Positions 26,403 to 34,663 of a stretch of 64,000 bases of DNA are shown here, piece after piece. The stretch lies in NCBI GenBank assembly GCA_963801885.1, contig CAWDGL010000008.1, positions 1,441,757-1,505,756 of the forward strand, in the 5' to 3' direction. The notes below the pieces were generated by a model. It searched no databases. It was given only the letters and a program-made list of their open reading frames with translations, and had not been told where the DNA came from. This stretch comes from an uncultured Acidobacteriaceae bacterium. GTDB taxonomy: Bacteria; Acidobacteriota; Terriglobia; Terriglobales; Acidobacteriaceae. The translations under genes and the position numbers were made by a program. Every line of letters begins with the position of its first letter. Position 1 is the stretch's first letter.

Positions 26403-27689
26403 TCAGCAGGCCAATTGATCGCGCGTGATTTTCAGCCCTGGCAGATTTCCGAGGGCGGTAAGCGCGACGGATTCTGTCCTGAAGAATTCATTCGCCAATT
26501 GGGTCAGGTCGTCCGTCGTGACGGCTTCGATTCTTTCGATCAATTCGTCGAGATCGTAGAATCGGTCGAAATACATTTCCTGGCGCGCCAGGTTCGACAT
26601 GCGGGCGGTGCTCGATTCAAGTGACAGCATTAGACTGCCCTTGAGCTGCGCCTTTGAGCGCTTAAGTTCTTCTTCCGGCACGGGTTCGGCTTTCAGTTTG
26701 CGGAACTCGCTCACCACCGATTGCACGACCTTCGAAGCCGACGCCAACGATGTGCCCGCATAAACCGCCAGGCAGCCGGTATCGCGATAAGGATTCAGAT
26801 CACTGTAGATGGAATAGGCCAGGCCCTGACGTTCGCGAATGTTCTGAAACAGGCGGGAACTCATGCCTCCGCCCAGCAAAGTGTTGAGAATGTAGCCGGC
26901 GTGCCGCTTCTCGTGCGCGATGGGATGCGCCGGTACGCCCAGGCACAATTGCACTTGTTCCAGTGCTTTCTTATTGCGCAGGACAATTCGCGAGACGATC
27001 TTCGGCGTCGAGGAATGAAAGCCGTTCTTCCCATTCTTCGACGCCTTCATGTGCTCAAAGTGCGAAGTCACCAGCTCAACGAATTTGTCATGATCGAGAT
27101 TGCCGGCGGCAGAAACAATAATGTTGCCGGGCGCAAAGCGGTGATCGTAAGCGTCGACCACCGAAGGCCGCTCGAAGCGCTTCACGGTTTCTTTCGTGCC
27201 CAGGATCGGTTTGCCCAGCGGATGATCTTTCCAGAAATTCTGCGTAAAGATTTCGTGGACGAGATAATCGGGATTATCTTCATCCATCTTGATCTCTTCC
27301 ATGATCACGCCGCGCTCGCGGGCAATGTCGGCCGCATCAAAGACAGGGTTTAGAACCAGATCGCTCAAAATATCGAGCGCCGTGGGCACATGCTCGTCGA
27401 GTACCTTGACGTTGAAGCAGATGCATTCCTTGGCGGTGAACGCGTCCATGTTGCCGCCGATGGAGTCGACCTGGCGCGCGATTTCTTCCGCCGTGCGGTG
27501 CCTGGTCCCTTTGAAGACCATGTGCTCGATGAAATGGGAGATGCCATTCCATTCGGCATCTTCGTCGCGCGAACCGGTTTGCAGCCAGATTCCAATCGAG
27601 GCAGAGCGGATGTGCTGCATCTGCTCGGTGATGATAGTCAAGCCGTTAGGCAGTTTCTTACGACGAATGTTACGGACTTCTTTTACCAT
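26403..27689 (-). CDS. M16 (pitrilysin/insulinase) family zinc peptidase
   Basis: Inverted zinc motif HFIEHMVFKGT. Two M16 halves. ATG 27689. Confidence 0.85.
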   Translation of the reverse strand: MVKEVRNIRRKKLPNGLTIITEQMQHIRSASIGIWLQTGSRDEDAEWNGISHFIEHMVFKGTRHRTAEEIARQVDSIGGNMDAFTAKECICFNVKVLDEHVPTALDILSDLVLNPVFDAADIARERGVIMEEIKMDEDNPDYLVHEIFTQNFWKDHPLGKPILGTKETVKRFERPSVVDAYDHRFAPGNIIVSAAGNLDHDKFVELVTSHFEHMKASKNGKNGFHSSTPKIVSRIVLRNKKALEQVQLCLGVPAHPIAHEKRHAGYILNTLLGGGMSSRLFQNIRERQGLAYSIYSDLNPYRDTGCLAVYAGTSLASASKVVQSVVSEFRKLKAEPVPEEELKRSKAQLKGSLMLSLESSTARMSNLARQEMYFDRFYDLDELIERIEAVTTDDLTQLANEFFRTESVALTALGNLPGLKITRDQLAC

Positions 27690-27820
27690 GGGGATGCGGG
27701 TGGAACTAGAAGGTGCTCTACTATTCTTACACATCTGACGGGGTGGCACGAGGTTCGAGAGAATAATAGGGCCTAGCCTTTTAGAATCAGTAAGATAGAC
27801 TTGCGTTAGGGGCGTAACGA

Positions 27821-28519
27821 TTGAGGGGCATAAAGGCAAAAGTAACGATTGCAATCGTGCTGGCTGCCGTCGCGGGCGTGTCTCTCGTGAGGTTCCCTTT
27901 TATCAGGGACGAGGGTGGCGGAGGGTGGGTGCTCTGGAGAAGCGACGAAGCGTATCTGTTTATGTATGATCGCCCGATCGGTTATCGATTAAGCATATTG
28001 AATTATCTGATGGAGCCGATGGCGGAATATTTTTATGCCCCGGCACTGCCGGAAAAAGACACATGGAATCTTTCGATTATTCGAATAACCCCCGCTGGCC
28101 AAGAGCGCCACGACCAGGAATCTGCTCTTGCTATAGAACCTTCACACCCATCGATGGCGGGATCTATGCCGACTGTCCCGGGGGGTCTCTGCAAATGGAC
28201 GGGAGCTCGGTTTCAATTGCTCTCGGACCAGGAACAACAAAAGATGGGTGGAGAAAAGCGACTCTCGAAGGTCGAGTTTGCCCAAGCTGAAGGTTGGTCT
28301 AGGCGCGCAATCAATGGGGGCTCGGTCGGCGAGAAACCCGACCGTTATGATTTTTCCATCGACACGGGTCATCAGGTTAGGATCGTGGTGCGCGGAAACA
28401 ATCCCGGCTCGGTCGACGTTCAGCGCCTGAACCAAGCTCCCAAAAGAGTCTGGTACCACGAACAGCGTACCTATAGAGTCAGCACGGCTGAATATGAGCA
28501 GGCATTTCGGCAGCATTGA
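27821..28519 (+). CDS. hypothetical membrane-anchored protein (no recognisable domain)
   Basis: 232-aa ORF with a TTG start and one N-terminal TM (VTIAIVLAAVAGVSLV). Visibly more A/T-rich codons than its neighbours. No motif recognised. Confidence 0.45.
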   Translation: MRGIKAKVTIAIVLAAVAGVSLVRFPFIRDEGGGGWVLWRSDEAYLFMYDRPIGYRLSILNYLMEPMAEYFYAPALPEKDTWNLSIIRITPAGQERHDQESALAIEPSHPSMAGSMPTVPGGLCKWTGARFQLLSDQEQQKMGGEKRLSKVEFAQAEGWSRRAINGGSVGEKPDRYDFSIDTGHQVRIVVRGNNPGSVDVQRLNQAPKRVWYHEQRTYRVSTAEYEQAFRQH

Positions 28520-28573
28520 TTGAGCGGGCGCTAGCCAAGCCCGGAGCATGATCGGATTGAAACCGGCCCTTAT

Positions 28574-29815
28574 ATGGCAAAGATGGCTGAGCTGACGTCG
28601 ACGACATTGCTGGGTATGGACCACGAGGAACTCGCTGTTCTCGTCGATGAGGCGGGTGAGCCCGCCTATCGCGCGAAGCAGTTGGCCGAGGCTGTCTATC
28701 GGCAGCGTGTGGAGTCGGTGGAAGAAATCTCGACTCTAACGCGGGAACTTCGGGAAAAACTTGCCAAGGAAGGCGTTTCCGTCGGCCTGCCGCGAATCGA
28801 GAAGCAATTCGTGTCGCAGGATGGCACGGTCCGGTATTTGATTGCATTCTCCGATGAGCAGAGTGTGGAAACTGTCTGGATGCCCGAGGGCGACGGCGGC
28901 GAAGCCGGGGACGGAAGCGAAGCCGGAGACTTGGCCGAAAAGTTTGCGGAAAGTCCTATTCGTACTGCAGAGTCTCAGATGATGAATGAAGCCGATGGAG
29001 TTCCCAAAGGCTACGCCCGTCGAAAACCAAGTCGAAGGCAAGGACAAAATCAAGGCCGCTCCACGATTTGCATTTCCAGCCAGGTGGGTTGCGCGGTCGA
29101 TTGCCAGTTTTGTCTCACGGCGCTGCTCGGCGTGAAGCGCAACTTGACCGCGGGCGAGATTGTGGGGCAGGTATGCGCGGTGCTCAAAGACCAGAAGGTT
29201 TCACCTCCCGACGATCGCATCAATCTGGTTTTTATGGGCATGGGCGAGCCCTTCCTCAACTACGAGAATTTCATCAAGGCGGCGCGCCTGCTGGTGGAAG
29301 AAGTTGGTATCGCGGAGCGACGGATGACAGTATCGACCGCGGGAATTGTGCCGCGGATTCACGACTTCGGCGCGGAAAAGATTCGGCCCAAGCTGGCTAT
29401 TTCGTTGAACGCTTCGAACGACATGCTGCGCACCCAGTTGATGCCGCTGAATAAGAAATGGAATCTGGAAGCGCTGATGGCTGCGGCACGCGCTTATCCT
29501 CTACGCACGCGCGAGTGGATCACATTCGAATACGTTCTGCTCGGAGGTGTGAATGACGCCGCAGAGCAGGCAAAAGAAGTAGTGGAACTACTGCGCGGAA
29601 TGCGCTGCAAGGTGAATCTGATTGCGCTGAATCCCGGGCCGGGAATTGAGTTTACGACCCCCGATGCAGAACGGGTCGCGGCATTTCAAAACATTTTGCG
29701 GGAGGCGGGAATTCCGGCGTTTGTGCGGCGTCCGCGCGGGCGCGATATTTACGCGGCTTGCGGTCAACTCAAGCGAACGGTTGAGATTGCCACAGCCCCG
29801 GCATCGATTCCTTAA
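28574..29815 (+). CDS. rlmN: 23S rRNA/tRNA (adenine-C2)-methyltransferase RlmN (radical SAM), with an internal insertion
   Basis: CISSQVGCAVDCQFCLT radical-SAM motif and GMGEPFLNYEN. Extra ~55 aa between WMPE and RSTICISSQ. Confidence 0.9.
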   Translation: MAKMAELTSTTLLGMDHEELAVLVDEAGEPAYRAKQLAEAVYRQRVESVEEISTLTRELREKLAKEGVSVGLPRIEKQFVSQDGTVRYLIAFSDEQSVETVWMPEGDGGEAGDGSEAGDLAEKFAESPIRTAESQMMNEADGVPKGYARRKPSRRQGQNQGRSTICISSQVGCAVDCQFCLTALLGVKRNLTAGEIVGQVCAVLKDQKVSPPDDRINLVFMGMGEPFLNYENFIKAARLLVEEVGIAERRMTVSTAGIVPRIHDFGAEKIRPKLAISLNASNDMLRTQLMPLNKKWNLEALMAAARAYPLRTREWITFEYVLLGGVNDAAEQAKEVVELLRGMRCKVNLIALNPGPGIEFTTPDAERVAAFQNILREAGIPAFVRRPRGRDIYAACGQLKRTVEIATAPASIP

Positions 29816-31499
29816 GCTGCGAATCGGCCGACTCGATGATAGGAAGTTCCACGCGAAGCAAAATCGCGGCGTCTTCTCCGCGCTCCCGCGAAATACGGCC
29901 GCGATGCTCCTGCAGGATGCCCTGACATGCGCTCATTCCTAAGCTATCCCCGTCGGAATCGGTGGAGGAAAGTACCTGGGCGCAAGTGATCTGCAGCACC
30001 GCAGTTTCTTCCTTCTGCTCCGTACTAATGACGAGCACGCGGGCGCCGCTATCGCTTAAAAGGTGCAGGCAGTTCGCCATCAGTTGCTGGCACACTTGAA
30101 GCAACTGATTGGAATCGCCCAGGACCTTGGGCAATTCGAGATCGAATTGTGTGCGAACCTCGATCTCCAGCGCTTCCCATTGCGATTGCGTCAGCTTTAC
30201 GGCGGTGCGAGCCAAGGTGTTGAGGTCCACGGGAGTTTTCGCAGCCGGGGTCTGCCGGGCAAAGCTGATCAGGCTGGCGACGAGCGATTTGGTGCGGCGC
30301 ACGTATTGGCCGATCTTGGCTGCGAGTGGGCGTTGTTCGGGCGTGAGTTGCGTACTCAACAGCATGTCCGAATAGCCAAGCATGGCAGTGATGGGATTAT
30401 TCAGTTCATGCGCGGCGCCGCCTACGAGCTGGCCGATGGAAGCGAGTTTTTCCGTTTGCAGAAGTTGGGCCTGCAGATGGTGCAGCTTGTCATAGGATTC
30501 CCGCGAGTGCTGCAAAAGTTGGGTTAGCTCCCGCTCCAGCAGGCTCTGCCGCATCAACACCATAATTCCCATGACGAATGCGGCGATGAAGGTCAGGGTG
30601 AGCCGGAAAACCCGCATGCGCGGGGACACAGCATCGTCTGACAAGGACCAGGCCGCAAACAAAGGCAGGGAGAATACCGCAATCATGCTGCAGCGGGCGA
30701 TCCATACGCCGTAGAGTGTGGAAGATTCAGGAGCTTCTGAAGTTGGTCTCTTAACACTCGTCAGCCCGATCCAGGTGACCCATGCTATCGCTGTTACGAG
30801 CGGTATATCGAAGAGACTGCCGCTGTAATAGAGGTTGCGTCCAATTGCCCAGGTAGCGACGGTGGAACTGGTGGCATAGCATACGCTCATGCCCAACAAA
30901 CTAGCGTAGAGGCGTCTCCAGTATTTCTTGCTAGTGAGCCAACAGGCCACAAGACCTAGAAGCAACGCAATTTCCTCGGTCACATACAGAGCATTCAAGT
31001 GCTGGTTATAAGCTTCCGCGTCGGCCACGACATATTGCCACGGGATCACGATTAAGACATAAAGGTAGAACCACCACGTCAACAATAGAGCGAAATCAAG
31101 TTGCCCCACGCGAGCGGAATATTCATCGCGGGGAACGTGAGGACGTAAGGCGATGGCCGCCATCAGCGGCACCAGGTGCAGGAAAAGAATCACGTCCCCG
31201 GTAAAAATGACGGGTACCTCTCGCCGCAAAACGACCTCGTAGTAGGTCCAAAGAAGCTGATATGAGAGCCAGAGAAAGATTCCGAAAGTGATCAGCGACC
31301 AGAACAGGCGAATGCGTCCCTTGGACCGCCGAACCAGCGGAACGAAAGAAGCTGCGCCGGAGAGCAGCAAGAGGCTTTGGACCACATCACTCAATGCGGT
31401 CAGTGCGAAGGAGCGCGGAATCAGGATCGCAGCTGCAATCAGAGCGGCCAGCAATCCACCTACACCCGTCAACCAAATCGTTGTAGAACGCTTCGCCAA
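29769..31499 (-). CDS. polytopic membrane histidine kinase-like protein with degenerate ATP-binding domain
   Basis: About 8 TM segments. H-box GGAAHELNNPITAMLGYSDML. The catalytic domain is short and lacks G1/G2 boxes (ITCAQVLSSTDSDGDSLGMSAC). Convergent 47-nt overlap with rlmN. Confidence 0.8.
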   Translation of the reverse strand: MAKRSTTIWLTGVGGLLAALIAAAILIPRSFALTALSDVVQSLLLLSGAASFVPLVRRSKGRIRLFWSLITFGIFLWLSYQLLWTYYEVVLRREVPVIFTGDVILFLHLVPLMAAIALRPHVPRDEYSARVGQLDFALLLTWWFYLYVLIVIPWQYVVADAEAYNQHLNALYVTEEIALLLGLVACWLTSKKYWRRLYASLLGMSVCYATSSTVATWAIGRNLYYSGSLFDIPLVTAIAWVTWIGLTSVKRPTSEAPESSTLYGVWIARCSMIAVFSLPLFAAWSLSDDAVSPRMRVFRLTLTFIAAFVMGIMVLMRQSLLERELTQLLQHSRESYDKLHHLQAQLLQTEKLASIGQLVGGAAHELNNPITAMLGYSDMLLSTQLTPEQRPLAAKIGQYVRRTKSLVASLISFARQTPAAKTPVDLNTLARTAVKLTQSQWEALEIEVRTQFDLELPKVLGDSNQLLQVCQQLMANCLHLLSDSGARVLVISTEQKEETAVLQITCAQVLSSTDSDGDSLGMSACQGILQEHRGRISRERGEDAAILLRVELPIIESADSQLKESMPGLWQSQPFA

Positions 31500-31682
31500 G
31501 GCACTCCTCTGGCCCCATTCTAGATCGGAGTGTCGGCGGCTCTGGGGTTACTATGGTAATGCGAGGCAATCAGACGGAAGGTTTTCCGCGCCCGACTTCT
31601 TCGCCCGTACTCTCACTTGCCGGTAAACTTCTTTTATTCAATAATATCCGCGAAGCCGCCACGCCCGTGGAGACGGACTTGA

Positions 31683-33518
31683 TTGAATCCTTACGTTGAA
31701 CGCTACCGACAGTCCTGGAGATTAAGAGTCGCTCCCGATCCGGGCGAGACCCGCCGCATCGAGCGCTGGCTGGCGACCGCTCGGCTTTTTCTTGCCGTTT
31801 CGGCCCTGGTCGCGATCCAGATGGATCCCACGGAACTCGGCCATTCCTGGGCAGCTTACGGTCTGTTCGTCTTCTATATGGCGAACGGCATTCTGATTCT
31901 GATGCTGCTGCGGCGGCGCCAGCAATCCACCTCTGCATTTCGCCTCTTGGTGCATGCCGGCGACATTGTCTGGCCGGCGCTGATTTCAATATTTTCCGAA
32001 GGGCCCCGCACTCCTTTCTTTCTGTTTTTCGTTTTTGTTTTAGCGGCTGCCGCTTATCGGTGGGGACTTTGGGAGACCTTAGCTACTGCGGCGGCGGAAG
32101 TTGCGTTGCTGTGGGCGGAAAGCTTCATCGTTCTTCACCTGAGTCTGGGAGCACACGGATCGCTTCCCTGGCCATTTTTGAATGGATTGCGGGTCAATAC
32201 GGTCGATTTCGAACCCAAACGTCTTTTTATGCTGTCCGTGTACCTGTTGGTCATGGGCTTGTTGCTGGGATATCTGGCCGAGCAACAGAAACATTTGCGG
32301 GCTGAAAAGGCGGTGGTAACCGGGACTTTATCGAAGATCCGGGTGGAAGCTGGACTCACGGGAACGATCGAGCAGATCTTCCGGGAAACGATGGCGATGT
32401 ATGGGGCTTCGCAGCTGGTGGTTGCGTCGCAGGAGGCGCACAGTCAGCGGGTTTTCGTGGGAGAGTTGAACGGGAACAACCAGAGTGGGCCCTCCGAGTT
32501 CCGCTGGCTGGATTCTGCCTCCCGGGACGCAAAGACATATCTGGATGGTTTTCCTGGGGCCGTCTGTTACGCGGCTGCGGACGGGAACCGTCCCAACAAC
32601 AACCAATGGACCACCCTTGCCCTTGATGGCGATGGCCATCCTCTTTCGGTTGAGGACACGGCGCCATTTTCTGAACTACGCGAGCTGCGAACGTTCACTT
32701 CGATGATTACTGTGGCGTTTCTTTTCGGAAGCGAGTGGAGAGGCAGGATATTTTTGTTCGACCCGTCGTGGCGGGGCGAGAAGCAGGAAGAGCTGCGTTT
32801 TCTTCTCGATCTGGTCCATCAGGTGGGGCCAGCGGTTTACAATGTCTATCTTTTGCACCGGCTGCGGCGACGGGCAGGGGCCGCGGAACGCGCTCGGTTC
32901 GCGCGCGAGCTGCATGATGGTGCCGTGCAGTCGCTGATTGCCGTGGAAATGCAAGTGGACGTGCTGCGCCGGCAAGCCGACGCCGGCAAACCGATTGGCG
33001 CGGAGTTGGGAAGAATTCAGGGGCTGCTGCGCGAGGAAGTGCTCAAGCTGCGCGAGCTGATGCAGCAGATGAAAGCGATCGAAGTAAACGCCCAGCGGCT
33101 GCTCGCAGTTTTGAACGATACTGTGGAACGATTTCAACGCGAGACCGGCATCAGCGCCCGATTTGTCACGGACCTTGAAAATCTCGAGATGCCACAGCGC
33201 GTATGCCGCGAGATACTTCGCATTGTTCAGGAAGGACTGGTCAATGTGAGGAAACATAGCGGTGCGCGTCACGTGCTGGTGCGCTTGGGATTAGGGCCGG
33301 AGAACTGGAGCCTGGTCGTGGAAGATGATGGAAAGGGTTTTCCTTTCGCTGGCCGTTACAATCGAGACCAAATGGGTGAGGCCGGGAAAGGGCCGATGAT
33401 GATTATGGAACGCGTCGGTTTGATAGCCGGCGAACTCACGGTAGAATCAAATCCCGGACAGGGAACACGCCTGGAAGTCACCGTACCTCGCAACGTGGAA
33501 GTGCCTCATGAATTTTAG
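31683..33518 (+). CDS. membrane sensor histidine kinase (HisKA_3 / NarX-DegS type)
   Basis: N-terminal TM bundle and a GAF-like middle region. H-box FARELHDGAVQSL, N-box GLVNVRKHSGA, G1 EDDGKGFP. TTG start at 31683 is uncertain. Confidence 0.85.
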   Translation: MNPYVERYRQSWRLRVAPDPGETRRIERWLATARLFLAVSALVAIQMDPTELGHSWAAYGLFVFYMANGILILMLLRRRQQSTSAFRLLVHAGDIVWPALISIFSEGPRTPFFLFFVFVLAAAAYRWGLWETLATAAAEVALLWAESFIVLHLSLGAHGSLPWPFLNGLRVNTVDFEPKRLFMLSVYLLVMGLLLGYLAEQQKHLRAEKAVVTGTLSKIRVEAGLTGTIEQIFRETMAMYGASQLVVASQEAHSQRVFVGELNGNNQSGPSEFRWLDSASRDAKTYLDGFPGAVCYAAADGNRPNNNQWTTLALDGDGHPLSVEDTAPFSELRELRTFTSMITVAFLFGSEWRGRIFLFDPSWRGEKQEELRFLLDLVHQVGPAVYNVYLLHRLRRRAGAAERARFARELHDGAVQSLIAVEMQVDVLRRQADAGKPIGAELGRIQGLLREEVLKLRELMQQMKAIEVNAQRLLAVLNDTVERFQRETGISARFVTDLENLEMPQRVCREILRIVQEGLVNVRKHSGARHVLVRLGLGPENWSLVVEDDGKGFPFAGRYNRDQMGEAGKGPMMIMERVGLIAGELTVESNPGQGTRLEVTVPRNVEVPHEF

Positions 33519-34197
33519 AAAAGCGCAGTCGGTTCGCCTGGTCATTGCCGATGATCATCCCATTTTTCGCGATGGTCTGCGTCGTCTGCTGGAAGCGGAG
33601 TCGGATCTGAAAGTCCTCGGCGAAGCGTCCGATGGCGCCGAAGCCGTGAAGCTGGCGCGGCAACTGAAACCGGACATTCTTCTGCTCGATCTGGCGATGC
33701 CGAAACATCCGGGACTGGAGGCTTTGCGGGAGTTGAGCCTGCCGGCCAATGCCACCCCCGTGCGAGTGATACTGCTGACGGCGGCGGCGGAAAAGAGCCA
33801 AATCGTCGAAGCGCTGCAACTGGGCGCCCGCGGCGTGGTGCTCAAAGATTCGGCTACGCAACTTCTATTGAAGGCGATCCATACGGTAATGGCAGGAGAA
33901 TACTGGGTGGGACGGGAAAGCGTTTCGAACCTGGTGCAGTACCTGCGCACCTTGATGCAGTCTTCCCACGATGAGGCCCGGCAAAAGAAATTTGGCCTGA
34001 CGCCACGGGAACTGGAGATCGTTTCAGCGGTAGTAGCAGGATACTCGAACAAAGAGATCGCCGAGTATTTCAAGATCAGCGAAGATACGGTTAAGCATCA
34101 TCTCAGCAACATCTTCGACAAGCTGGGCGTTTCGACCCGTCTGGAACTGGCCCTGTTTGCCGTCAATCAAGCTCTACCCCTCAAAAGCATCGCGTGA
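33508..34197 (+). CDS. NarL/LuxR-family response regulator
   Basis: REC (LVIADDHPIFRDGL...DILLLDLAMP) plus LuxR HTH (LTPRELEIVSAVVAGYSNKEIAEYFKISEDTVKHHLSNIF). Overlaps the kinase gene by 11 nt. Confidence 0.9.
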   Translation: MNFRKAQSVRLVIADDHPIFRDGLRRLLEAESDLKVLGEASDGAEAVKLARQLKPDILLLDLAMPKHPGLEALRELSLPANATPVRVILLTAAAEKSQIVEALQLGARGVVLKDSATQLLLKAIHTVMAGEYWVGRESVSNLVQYLRTLMQSSHDEARQKKFGLTPRELEIVSAVVAGYSNKEIAEYFKISEDTVKHHLSNIFDKLGVSTRLELALFAVNQALPLKSIA

Positions 34198-34371
34198 GTC
34201 GGTGATTGCGCCAGCAGACCCGCTCTCTGTACGTATGCCGTGGCACTTCGGTGCCATTGGCTACGAAAGAACTCCACGTTAAGATTTTCAACACAAGTTC
34301 TTAGAACAACGCCGGGTAAGGTGTGCGGACACGCCGGCGGGTTCACTGTAAACGTTAACGAAAAATAAGAA

Positions 34372-34548
34372 ATGAGGAGCCCCGTGGCAAATCGCTTACA
34401 ACAACTGTGGAACGATGAGCGTGGTCAGGACATTGCAGAATACGCAGTGATGTTGGCTGTGATTCTAGTGATTGTCGTGGGCACGATCCGTCTCATCGGC
34501 TCCAACGCGAACAATGTATTCTCTCAGGTTGGCAGCGCCATTCAGTAG
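34372..34548 (+). CDS. flp: Flp/Fap family type IVb pilin (58 aa, below the ORF-track cutoff)
   Basis: Translates as MRSPVANRLQQLWNDERGQDIAEYAVMLAVILVIVVGTIRLIGSNANNVFSQVGSAIQ*. G/QxxxEY prepilin-peptidase motif followed by a hydrophobic helix. AGGAG at 34375-34379 would serve the alternative GTG at 34384. Confidence 0.75.
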   Translation: MRSPVANRLQQLWNDERGQDIAEYAVMLAVILVIVVGTIRLIGSNANNVFSQVGSAIQ

Positions 34549-34663
34549 AACATGATTCCCTAGCCGCTTGCCAGATGTGGCTGGTCCAGCGCTCTATATC
34601 TGGTGCGGTCCTGCTGCATCCTCCCCCGTAGTCGATCTCCGCCTGATCTTAACTTTCCGAAAT

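Noticed and set aside
34241-34256. TGGCAC-TTCG-GTGCCA, 44 nt after the response-regulator stop. Considered as a sigma54 promoter for flp (TGGCAC...TGC) or as a terminator.
   Set aside because: The GG-to-GC spacing is 9 nt rather than the strict 10 nt of sigma54 promoters. It forms a 6-bp UUCG hairpin but has no U-tract, so neither call is supported. It may be a processing or stability hairpin.
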